Origin: the human T2T-CHM13v2.0 reference genome, Homo sapiens
NCBI RefSeq assembly: GCF_009914755.1
Contig: NC_060944.1
Length of the DNA: 64,000 nucleotides
Reading direction: 5' to 3' (one strand)
Of this stretch, positions 43,991 through 55,981 are shown piece after piece; positions within the stretch are counted from its first letter, which is position 1, and every line of letters starts with the position of its first letter. Position numbers and translations under genes: made by a program. The notes below the pieces were generated by a model. The model searched no databases and was not told the origin of the DNA. It was given only the letters and a program-made list of their open reading frames with translations.

Positions 43991-44439
43991 TTCCTTGTGC
44001 AGTTTAGAATTTGATACATTTCTTTCCAGTCTATTTCTATAGATTTGTTTTCAAATCACATCAGACCCTATGTAAAATAGTGTACCGTCTTTACTCATTA
44101 TAACATGGTGAGCATTTCCCCAAGCTATTACACATATTTTTAAACATTGTTTTAATGACCGGCATAATAATCCAGTGCTTGGATATATCAAATTCTTCGG
44201 CCATCTCCTTATAGGTGAGATTGTTTCCAAAGTTTCACTAATGTAAGTGCACTGCAGTGAACGCCCTTACGTAACAATTGTTCACTCCCGTGTACTTTTC
44301 TCGTGCAGAGTTCTACAGCATGAAACACTATATTTAACTTTGTCAGGTTGATGTTTATCAGTGGTTTATTATTGTTTTTATAGTATTCCATTGTCAGTGA
44401 AGTATGCCATTCACACTGTCAAGTGAATTGTCTATTTGT

Positions 44440-45180
44440 ATTATTTAAAAAAAAGATCACAAACATAGAAAGGAGAGCTTTATTTCTTTAAACGGTGATA
44501 ACCTGCAAGGTGGCCCTTCTGACAGGCTGGGAAGCATAGCTTCTGGCAGAAGCTCAAAAGGCAGGCAGCTGGAGGGAAGGGGGCCTAAGACAGGAATTTA
44601 AGCTGAAGGACTTAGCCAAGTACACATATGAACAGGCCACAGGAAGAGCTATGAATATTCATGAAACGGGTCCTGACCCATGCTTACTGGACAAACGTGC
44701 ATGTTACAGGTGACCTATGTTTACTTTGGGGTGGACTCTTAGCATTTACAGGTATTCATGTATTACATTTAGACCCTATAAGTTGAAAGATCTTTTCAGG
44801 ACACCGATGCACTTGTGTGCAGCCTCTGTAAACCGCCAGAATCAGCCCCTGTTCGGTTGTTTCCCATCAGGAAAAAGTTACTGCAGTCAGTCTCTGGTCC
44901 AATCAAAGCAGTAATTATTTGTGGAAGTGGTGGGGCTGGGGCAGGGGGCGTGTCAGTCAGCATGTGGAGGTGGATGAAAAGCACATTGTTTGAATATTGC
45001 TTATCTAGAGGCCAGTGCTTGTTTGGCTGCCAGAAAATAAAAACCTTGTGGCAGTTAAGGCATAGTTTCTTCTTGAAGTGTAGAGGTGCATGACAACCCT
45101 TGCCAGGCATGGCCCTTCATTCTTTATCATTTAGTATTGCCACAAAGAGTCTGTGAGTCTTATGACCTCTATTTTTAAAG
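44440..45180 (-). mobile_element. ERV1 (MER4-group) LTR
   Basis: 'ctttatttct...tgacaggctgggaagcatagc...gagctatgaatattcatgaa' is typical of MER4-group LTRs; subfamily uncertain. Confidence 0.55.
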
Positions 45181-45260
45181 CTATTAAGACACTCAACTAA
45201 AGCAATCCTTTCAGTATTGAATGGATAAGCTAGCATTATGTTATGCTAGCTAACATAATC

Positions 45261-45844
<584 letters not shown>

Positions 45845-46079
45845 ACCTTTTTGTAATGCAAAACAAAATCATAAAACACGATTCTGGGCCTGCTGGAGCC
45901 ATGGGTGAAAACTGCGTTCATTCCAATTTCTTCAAATCATGGAATGCAAATATAGAGAGTCGGCCTAAGAAAGATTTCTGTCACTCATTCATTCTTCAAA
46001 TATTTATTGAGCACCTACTATGTGTGGGAAGCTGGCTCCTGTTCAGGAAATATAATTAAAAGTACAATCTCCCAACCCT

Positions 46080-46701
46080 CTTCAGAAAGGTAGTGGAGAA
46101 AGAAAACACTTTGTAATTGAATAAGCATTAAACTAGAATGTGATACCCATCACAGGCAATCCATTAAGAGACTGCAAAGACAGAACGAAATCTCACTCTT
46201 TTGTGCAGCCAAGCAATCTATTACACACATTTTCAAGATAAACAATAACTAGCTCTCAAGGGAACTTGGCAGCATTTTTCATCACACACAGTTCATCTAA
46301 CCTGATATTTGGGATGATCCTCTGTGTTAGCCAATTGGCTTTATCTAGAGGAAAAAGAAACTTGTATCTTTATGATATGAGATAATTTTGTAAGTTGGAG
46401 CAAAGGGCCCACTGAAGTTAGGCTCCTACTCCCCCATTAAAACTGGGAGACAGGGGCATTAACTCCCTTGATACTTAAAGAGATGGCTCCTAGGTCCTAG
46501 AAAAAGACATATCTAGGTTATAAAGCGCACAAAAAGGCCTAACTAGTCTTCAAAAGGATTTATATATTTCAAAGAGAGGAAAAAGTACTTACACTAATTA
46601 CCAATTTTCTAAAAGTAAATGTTCGAAGAAAAAGGGAGGGAAATCTCATATTTTCAACAGGAAGTAGTAAACCTTATTTTAAATTTGTATTTGTCCTGAC
46701 A
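46080..46701 (-). mobile_element. ERV1 LTR (MER67-like)
   Basis: 'gaatgtgatacccatcacaggcaatccattaagagactgcaaagacagaa' ... ending 'tgtcctgaca'; subfamily uncertain. Confidence 0.4.
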
Positions 46702-47029
46702 GTCCCCAAACATTACAAACTCAACGTGTCGGTAAGACAAGGCTGAGTTAACTGCTGGCCACAGTAAGGGACAGCATGACCTGGCAAAGCTTTACCAATG
46801 GCTGGGAGCAAAAGGCAAGGTCAGTTTATTGAGAACTGGAAGTCTGACTCAAGGAAGGTGTTTCAAAGCGGGCTTTAGTTAGTATTGAGCAAGAATTGGT
46901 GGAAACAGCAAGATTTCGAGGAGTCAGCGAATCTTAGGGAATCAATTGTGCTTTCCCCGAAGAGTGGATGGGTCTCTGGGGAAGTTCTGTAGTGAACAAA
47001 GCCTTCGCCCGAATGGGAACTCCTGGAAA

Positions 47030-48360
47030 TAAAGCCCTGCAGTAAAGACGGCAGGGTGCGGTCCCGGCTCCTGGCGCGCCGAGCCCCCCAGCAGGGCGGG
47101 GGCACCGCGGAAGAAGCGCCCCAGAGGAGAGCGCCGCGCCGAGCCCCGCCTGGCGCCAGTTCTCCAGCGCCCGTGGAGGCATCTGCGCCCCTAGTAGCCA
47201 AGGTGAGTACCAGCTCCAAGCCCGGCTTTCCGCGAGGTCCCTCGCGTGGCCACCGTGCCCTAAGGGTGCGCTCGGCCTCGGGGACGTGAGCAGCTCTTAG
47301 TGGGAAGCCAGCTGCAGGCCCTGACCGCAGGCTGCTGGGGCCCGGAAGCGCTGGCGCCTTGCGGCCAGAAGCCCGGAATGGACGCGAAAGTGACCACGCG
47401 AATCTGACGCTCACGTGACTTTTCGCGACTGGCCCCGCCCCGCTGTGGCGTGCCGCAGCGCAGACGTCGCTGTCTCCTGCGCAGGCGCAGGCCTTGGCTC
47501 GCGGCGGGTGACGCAATGCGGCGGGTGACGCAATCCGGCGTCGCCAGTCAGTCGCGCGGCCAGATCAGGTAACTGCCCGAACCGCTCCGCCGCCCGACGT
47601 GTGGCTCAGCCCCTTCCTCAGCCCCGCCAGGGGCGGGGCCGGCCGCGGGAGGGGAGGGGCCTGCAGCGACCAATCGGCGGTGCCCGCGCAGGGTGCTACG
47701 CCACGCCCAGCCGGGCCGGCCGTTCCTACCGGCCTGGTCCAGCGGACAGCGGCTGCAGCGGGGGCGCCGGCTGGGAGGTGAGTGCGCGGCCCGTAGGCCT
47801 GGCTCCGGCCCCTCGCCGCCCGCCGCCGCCTCTTTGTCCGCGCGCCCCGGCTGCTCTGTGGACCTGCGCGTCTCGGGGATGCGGGAGCGGGGGCAGGGGG
47901 CGGCCCGAGGGCCTGATCCACGCGGCCCCGGATGCCCGCGTCGGGAGGCGGCGCGTCGGGCCGAGGAGGGGCTTCTCTGTGGCTGCAGTAGTTTGTTCTC
48001 TGGGTCGTCTTTGGAGTGGCCGAGCGGCGTCCGGGCGCTGGGGCGGCCAAGTGGCGCGGGAAGGGTGGGAGGTGCCGTGAGGGCGGCGAGGACAGCGGCG
48101 GATTTAAGCCCCACTGGAAACCCCGGCCCTTGTGGCCGTGGACTGGGCTGCGGGTAGCAGCGTCTCCTGGAAGGGCTCTGGCCCCGTGAGCCTCGGGGAT
48201 TCAGGGGCCGCCGACGTTGGTGCAGATGCCGGGCGCACTGGGAGGCGGCCGGAATGCCAATGAGATTCGGCGGATACGCAGCTGTCACCGGCCGCAGACT
48301 GCCCTGTCGCCACCTCCAGTGCCTGCACTCCAGTAGCCAAGCAACATAGGAAATCGCGCT
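47030..48360 (+). promoter_or_regulatory. GZF1: CpG island / GZF1 promoter
   Basis: CpG-dense; TCACGTGA (47411-47418), NRF1 TGCGCAGGCGCA (47478-47489), TGACGCAA x2, GC box (47632), CCAAT (47670). Confidence 0.9.
47700..47777 (+). other. GZF1: GZF1 non-coding first exon (start approximate)
   Basis: Consensus donor GAG|GTGAGT after 47777, about 100 bp downstream of CCAAT/GC boxes; acceptor tctttttcaaag| before 49903. Confidence 0.65.
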
Positions 48361-49923
48361 CAGAACCCACTTTGTTGATTGAGAAATCAGGTCCCCTCGA
48401 GGGCCCTGTTGGCAGAGGTCTGGGGAAGTCAGGGCATCAGGCTGAGAGAGCCCTCTGCAGTCTTGTTTCCCCAGGCTGGGGCTGGGACCACTGAAACCCC
48501 AGTGGCTCTATAAGAGCCCCACTCTTATAGATCCCTTCCTTAGGCTTTGTCAGTGTTCTCACAGTTTTACTGGGGCGTCTCCTTCAGGCGACATTGATCA
48601 AGCCTCATAGGTACCTGTTTACAGCGGAACTCCCAGAGGGCAGTCTTTTCCATGTTTGAGGGACTGCTAGTTGTGGGGAGCGGTCTCATTGATGAGACTG
48701 GAGAAGGGGAGAGGGGTGGGACTAGTTTATCAGGGAAGATGATGACAACTTTTTTTCTAGACACGTTGAATCCGAGGTGACATCTGTGGTCTGGCCGAAG
48801 GAGGCTAGAAGGAAGGCATGTGCTTTGGATGGATGGAAACAGGAATCAAAGAGGAAGGTAGATTCAGGAGCTGAAGGGCAGGGAGAAAACACATTCAGGG
48901 AGTTTGTGGCAAAGCAGCAGAAATGACGATGGGGTGACGGTATCTGGAGGCCTTAGGTGGGGTTGGTGAAATTTGCATGCCCGCTGCAGTGGAAAGATTT
49001 AGGGGCTAAAGATAGCCCTTTGCCTTTGGCAAGGCTGAGGGGAAGAGTGTGTTGAGTAGTCTGAGTTGAATCCGGGCACCAGGCCCTGGCTCATGTCCCA
49101 ACCAGCCATTGACTGTTACCTTGATAGGTCCTCATCTATGAAATGGGGATCACTGTAGCACCTTGGCCTATGTGTGGGAAACCAATAAACTAGCCAACAA
49201 GTTTCAGGCTCATGGAACCCTGGTAACAGCCGGTCAGCCTTCTTCAGAGGAGGAAATGGGTTCAGAGAAGTTGCTTGCTCAAAGTAGCACAGCTTGTAAA
49301 AGCTGTGGAACTTAACATTATTTCAGTAGAGTAACGATAATTCAAATTCTGAGGAGTTTAGGATGTTGGGAATGGGCGATGAATTGTGAACTACTTTTCC
49401 AAGAAGTTTTCCTCATGGAAAGTAGTTATTTAGTTGGTTCTTTTCAAAGGCAGAAATGATTCCCTGAGGTTTTGGATTTGCTCCCAGATGGTGGTGGCTA
49501 TGTGTTTTAATTATCTGGTTTCCTGATCAGAGAACTAGACATTATTGTTGCCATGAATTCTTTTACAGTTTTGGGGACTATGTAAGCAAATTAGACAGTG
49601 ACCTTGGTGAGCAAATTACTGTGTTAATGTATTTCACTAATCACAACTTCCATCATTTGTTTATCACTGGAGGAAACCTTAGAATACACTATTTTTCATG
49701 CCAATTTATTACCTTAGGAAAATGCATGAGGAACCTCACTTTAGAAAACTGCTAAGAAGTAAAATGTCATTCGAATCTTTACCTGAGTAAAGCTAGGTTG
49801 TTAATGAGTCTATATCCTCTCAAGTACTGAAGGAATCCTCATAAATTTTAGTCCTTTTGCATCAGTGGTTGCTCATGCATAATTCTTGTTTCTTTTTCAA
49901 AGCTGTTTTTGGAAGGAAGAAAG

Positions 49924-51287
49924 ATGGAAAGCGGTGCAGTTCTGCTGGAATCCAAATCCTCCCCATTTAACCTACTGCATGAGATGCATGAGCTTCGCCT
50001 CCTGGGTCACCTGTGTGACGTGACAGTCAGCGTGGAGTATCAGGGTGTCCGCAAAGACTTCATGGCCCACAAGGCAGTGCTGGCTGCCACCAGCAAGTTT
50101 TTTAAGGAAGTGTTCCTTAATGAGAAGAGTGTGGATGGTACTAGGACTAATGTCTACTTAAATGAAGTGCAGGTTGCTGACTTTGCTTCATTTCTTGAGT
50201 TTGTCTACACTGCAAAGGTACAGGTGGAAGAAGATCGGGTGCAGCGAATGCTGGAAGTGGCTGAAAAGCTGAAATGTTTGGATTTATCAGAAACTTGTTT
50301 TCAATTAAAGAAACAGATGTTAGAGTCAGTACTTTTGGAGTTGCAAAATTTCTCAGAGTCTCAGGAGGTGGAGGTGAGCAGTGGCTCCCAAGTTAGTGCT
50401 GCTCCTGCCCCCAGGGCAAGTGTGGCCACCGATGGCCCTCACCCCAGTGGTCTCACGGATTCCTTGGACTACCCAGGAGAGAGAGCCAGCAATGGCATGT
50501 CTTCAGATTTGCCACCGAAGAAGTCCAAGGACAAACTAGACAAGAAGAAAGAGGTAGTTAAACCTCCCTACCCTAAAATCAGGAGAGCTAGTGGAAGGCT
50601 GGCTGGGAGGAAGGTCTTTGTGGAGATCCCTAAAAAGAAATATACGAGAAGACTCCGAGAGCAGCAGAAAACTGCTGAGGGTGATGTGGGGGACTACAGG
50701 TGTCCCCAGGACCAAAGCCCGGACAGGGTGGGCACGGAGATGGAGCCGGTTTCCAAAAATGAGGGTTGCCAGGCAGGTGCTGAGTTGGAGGAATTGTCAA
50801 AGAAAGCAGGGCCGGAGGAGGAAGAGGAGGAGGAGGAGGAGGACGAAGAAGGGGAGAAGAAGAAGAGCAACTTTAAGTGCAGCATTTGCGAGAAGGCGTT
50901 TCTGTATGAGAAGAGCTTCCTGAAGCACAGCAAGCACCGCCACGGCGTGGCCACCGAGGTGGTGTACCGCTGCGACACCTGCGGCCAGACCTTCGCCAAC
51001 CGCTGCAACCTGAAGAGCCACCAGCGCCACGTGCACAGCAGCGAGCGCCATTTCCCATGCGAGCTGTGCGGGAAGAAGTTCAAGCGCAAGAAGGACGTGA
51101 AGCGGCACGTGCTGCAGGTGCATGAGGGCGGCGGCGAGCGGCACCGCTGCGGCCAGTGCGGCAAGGGCCTGAGTTCCAAGACAGCGCTGCGGCTGCACGA
51201 GCGCACACACACGGGAGACCGGCCCTACGGCTGCACCGAGTGCGGCGCCAGGTTCTCGCAGCCGTCCGCGCTCAAGACGCACATGAG
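49924..51287 (+). CDS. GZF1: GDNF-inducible zinc finger protein 1 (ZBTB23), coding exon 1: BTB/POZ domain, acidic Glu tract, C2H2 fingers 1-5
   Basis: MESGAVLLES...LCDVTV...AHKAVLAATSKFF (BTB) through ...SALKTHMR; donor AG|GTACGC; 1364 nt. Confidence 0.97.
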
Positions 51288-52414
51288 GTACGCGGGGAGC
51301 CGTCCGGAGGGGTCCCTGCGCACTGGAAGGGTGTGTCAAGCACTGAGGTCGTCCTGGGATTTGATGTCTCACTGCTTAATTTCTCCGCTCCAAACCTGGG
51401 GGCTTATTTCGAGACAGCGTTTAGTTCTCTGTCAAGGTACAGGGGCTGCGAGTGATGGCTCTGCTCCCTTGTTCTGAGACCCCTGGGGCGCCCCTGCTGG
51501 CCGGGACGTCCCTCTGGTGGGACCGCGACAGCGGCCGCGGGCTCGCCCCACCGTGCTGGAGGAAGAGTTGGGCCTCGTTACCTTTATTTCTCCTTTCCTG
51601 ACTCTTCGTTTAGATCTTGGGGTTCTGTGACCATCCGGGTCCCACAGTCTCAGTAGAGACCTCAGTGAGATGCCATTTCAGGCTTTAGGACTCGTCTCTG
51701 GTCTTTTGGTTCTCAGGCTTGGAAGGAGTGCCATCTAGGCAGTCTGCACTCCAGAATCAGGACAGACAGTGCTTTCTGTTTCTTAATATGTTTCTGAGCT
51801 GCAGGTGTGTGGTGATGTTTTTAAATAAGTTTTCTTATAGTTCTTAGTATATTTATTCTTGAAATCCCAACAAGCAGTTGTTTTCTCTTCTCTTCTAGAT
51901 CTGCCCTCAAACCTAGGTCAGTCTTGGGTTAGCAGCATGGTGTTCATTTTTTACTCTATATAATAAGTTAAAAATACTTGGTTTAGGAAGTGCTCAGTAA
52001 ATTATGTTTGATTGCTACTTCATACTAGTTGTGACATTAAAATGCTTATGCATTTTAAAAATGCCACCTTCGGCAATTTGAGAACAGTTCTCCTTTCTCT
52101 ACTGGTGATGTCATATTAGGAAATGAGAGTAACATTTTTGATCATGTGACACTTAATCAGCAGTAGTTCCTAAGGTGTTTGTGGCTGATTATTCTGTATG
52201 AGACAGCTTTACAAATATCAGATTGTGGTCTTTAGTGTTTAAAAAAATCTGCAAAGGCCTGGTCTCTACCTGCACATGCCTTATAGCATCAGCAGTAGGG
52301 CTTGTGATCAGGTGTAGATGAACATTCCAGTCAGTGATTTATGGAAAATGTGTGGATCCATTGACCTTGTGCAGAAACTCAGTTTATTTTGGGATGGAGA
52401 TTATGGGCTCTTGA

Positions 52415-52660
<246 letters not shown>

Positions 52661-54301
52661 TGAATGTCTTTCCTAGATCTAGAAGGAAATGCAATTGATT
52701 AATTTTGAAGTTGGCATCTACCAAGGTGGTGCAGGTTAAAGCCATGATATAGCTTTTCCATCTAGTAAGTGAGCAAAATGAATAAACATACACCCATTGC
52801 CTTGTTGCTAGTGTGCACATGGCTGTGGCTTTTATACCACCAGGCCATAGGATCTGGCATGCAGGTCTTAGGTATCAAGAGATATAAAATAGTTCTTTTG
52901 TAACCGAAATTTTTTTTTCTAAGACTCTGTCCTAAAGAAATTGTCCAACATATGGGAAGAGCTGTATGCTATTATCCCCCTTCTTGCTATTTTTAACTAA
53001 GAATGGGAAACAGCCTGATTGTCCAACTACAAGGAAGTGCTCTAGTCAACTCTGGTAAATCTATACCCTGGCTTATGACCCGGCTATTCAGAGTAAGGGC
53101 TCTGAATGACATGAAAAAGTCTGTGCTTGGATGTTCAACTTTAAAATGCACAATTAAGCATACAGTTAACCTCAATTGTATTGAAAACCTGCACATAAAA
53201 GACCAGAAGAAAATAAGTTGTTATATGATACATTAAGGTAGTAGGATTATCTCATTTCTGTTTTCCAAAGTCTTTATGATTTATTAATTATGTGACAGAT
53301 AAAACTTAAGTTGGCTTTATTCTGCTTCAGCACAGTAACCCTGAGGTTTAGAATCTTGTGGAAGATACAGAAGCATACAGCACTGAAGTGTTCCAATTCT
53401 TCTCAGTTTCTTCTTTGCTTGCATTTTTTATTCTTACCTGTAAACACTGGCTTACAAGCCTCAAGTTCAAATGCATGTGAGACAGAGATGACATGTCTCT
53501 GACTCATTAGACACCACATCTGTGTGATTAGACACCAGTTCTGCTCATTCTGAAGTCATAATTCATGTCATTGAATGAAAATCTCATTTAATGTCATGAA
53601 ATTAGCATTTAATGACATGCATTATGACTACAGAATGAGTAGAATTGTTTAAAGAAAGCTTGGGATTGGGGACAAGGTCAGGTTATAATGAAGGATTAAG
53701 TTAGAATTGGTCCTTTGATAATATTAACATGGTAAGATTTTATTAAAGTCACTATTTTTATTTTGATGTCTGTGAAATCGGGCACAGCTAATAATTTGGT
53801 AAGTCTGATTTGTGGGATTAAACTACAAAAAGTGAGATATTTAAAACTCTTGTCCTACAATTCAATCAAGTTGATTGGAGTTGCTACTCTAGAATAGTGA
53901 TATATATCCATTGTCAACTTCCCCTTTATTCTGATAAAGATCCATAGAAGTGTTCCTTTGAAAATAATCCAGCAGTTCCTCCAAACAGAAGTTGTGAAAT
54001 TATTTTCTTGTTTGGAATGAGTAAATTTCTAAAATGTGAGCCAGCTGAACAAACAATACCTCTTTGATTCTAGTCAAATGGAATTTTTCTTGCAATTTCC
54101 AAGGATATTTTACACCAACTTTCAGTAAGTAGCAAGCATCTTACATGAATATATATTTTATGATAGTTTTTACTGGAAAATGTAACATGCTGCCTACCAA
54201 GGCACTTTTGAGTTCACGTGGGTTTTAACAGTGGAGACCTACTGTTCCATGTGTTTTTAATGCCTGTATTGTTTATGACTTTATTTCATTTTCTCATGTA
54301 G

Positions 54302-54469
54302 GTGAAAGACCTTTTATGTGTGAAACATGTGGCAAGAGTTTTGCTTCTAAGGAGTACTTAAAACACCACAATAGAATCCATACTGGATCCAAACCCTTTA
54401 AATGTGAAGTATGTTTCAGGACTTTTGCCCAGCGGAATTCACTGTACCAGCATATTAAAGTCCACACAG
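54302..54469 (+). CDS. GZF1: GZF1 coding exon 3 (two C2H2 fingers)
   Basis: Acceptor tgtag|, donor G|GTATGG; 168 nt; GERPFMCETC...HIKVHT. Confidence 0.97.
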
Positions 54470-55123
54470 GTATGGTTGGAATGTCCCAGGGAAGGGAGTT
54501 TAGTTTGGCCAAAAAAAAAATTCTAAAGCTTGTAGATTTACCAGTAAATTACTTGGAACTAAGCTTTTGAAGAAAACTGGCCAAACTTTGTATGTCATAA
54601 TAGCATTTCTTTAGAGATTGTTTCTAACTCTGAGAAACTGAAAAGTGGGAGCACTTATGTGTGTAAACGGGAGAAGACTAAGTCCCTTTGCTACATGGAG
54701 TTTTTACTGAAAAGGACAGACAGCTTAGTCATGGTGTGAATGTAGGAAGTGGATGTGGATGTGTGGACATAGGGATAATGATCTGTACATGTTAGTAAAT
54801 GCACATGCACACATGCATATTCAGTTGTTAGGGGTCTTGTAATTTTATACTCCATTACCATGGAAAACAGGTGTCATTCCTATAGTTATAATACCTGCTG
54901 CAGGCACATGTCCTGGCCCCTTTTTGGTGTAGGCCATAAATTCTTGGTATTATAGAGATAGTGGATTTGTAGCCCTTAAGTTGTTCCCAACATAACCTTC
55001 CTTATGTTGGATGCTGAGGCTTCCCAGTGGTTTGCAACAGCATCATTCACTCAAGTGTGTATTCAGAATTAAGCACAGTAGGCCAAAGGGACCCACCAGC
55101 AGTCTCCTCTCTCCCTGCCTCAG

Positions 55124-55281
55124 GGGAGCGTCCCTACTGCTGTGACCAGTGCGGCAAGCAGTTCACCCAGCTCAACGCCCTCCAGCGCCACCGCCGCATC
55201 CACACAGGGGAGAGGCCATTCATGTGCAATGCGTGCGGACGGACATTCACCGACAAGTCCACTCTTCGGCGGCACACCTCA
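55124..55281 (+). CDS. GZF1: GZF1 coding exon 4 (C2H2 fingers 9-10)
   Basis: Acceptor cctcag|, donor TCA|GTAAGC; 158 nt; GERPYCCDQC...LRRHTS. Confidence 0.96.
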
Positions 55282-55630
55282 GTAAGCAGTGGGTTGGCTT
55301 ATTTGAGAAACAAGCTGCTGCCCTTAGATGCACGGAAAGAGAAATACCTACCACCATTCTCCAAGGTGGTTAGAGGTCGAGACAACAGGTACCTTCTCCT
55401 TGGGTTGTCTCTGCAGTGGAACGCTCACGGAATGAATGAAGTGGAACACCAAGCCCCAAGGCCCAGGGAAAGCACCATCCACGATGACTACTCTGTAACA
55501 GTGAGGGTGGTGGCAGGCGGGTACTTATTAGTGAAAGTTGAAAATTGAAGTTGTAGAGGGACTATTGTTTTAAAAGATGCACTTGTCCAGAGACACATTC
55601 AGTGACCTTTGTTTTGTGTTTAACTTATAG

Positions 55631-55981
55631 ATACACGATAAGAATACTCCATGGAAGTCTTTCCTTGTCATTGTAGATGGCTCGCCCAAGAATGATGACG
55701 GACACAAGACTGAACAGCCTGACGAAGAGTATGTGTCATCCAAGCTTTCGGATAAATTGCTGTCTTTTGCAGAAAATGGCCATTTCCACAACCTGGCTGC
55801 AGTCCAAGACACTGTACCTACCATGCAGGAGAACAGTTCTGCTGACACAGCCTGCAAGGCAGATGACTCCGTGGTGTCCCAGGACACCCTCCTGGCCACC
55901 ACCATCAGTGAGCTTAGCGAGCTGACCCCACAGACAGACTCGATGCCCACACAGCTTCACTCTTTGAGCAACATGGAATAA
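55631..55981 (+). CDS. GZF1: GZF1 last coding exon (IHDKNTPWKS...LSNME*)
   Basis: Acceptor ttatag|; the five exons sum to 2136 nt = 711 aa plus stop. Confidence 0.96.
   Translation: MHDKNTPWKSFLVIVDGSPKNDDGHKTEQPDEEYVSSKLSDKLLSFAENGHFHNLAAVQDTVPTMQENSSADTACKADDSVVSQDTLLATTISELSELTPQTDSMPTQLHSLSNME

Noticed and set aside
47864-47875. GZF1 autoregulatory site (TGCGCGTCTCGG; also TGCGCTTTATA on the minus strand at ~46519-46529)
   Set aside because: Neither matches the recalled GZF1 consensus TGCGCN(T/G)(C/A)TATA: one lacks TATA and the other is one base short
46875-48288. Long minus-strand ORFs (213 and 246 aa) in the GZF1 CpG island
   Set aside because: Non-ATG starts and Ala/Arg/Pro/Gly-rich composition expected from stop-poor GC-rich DNA; no recognisable domain
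50591-51455. Overlapping alternative-frame and antisense ORFs within the GZF1 exon
   Set aside because: Shadow ORFs caused by GC3-rich, repetitive zinc-finger and Glu codons
49909-51477. 522-aa single-exon GZF1 ORF
   Set aside because: TTG start is an artefact, and the tail reads through the donor at 51287, breaking finger 5; the spliced model gives the expected 711 aa
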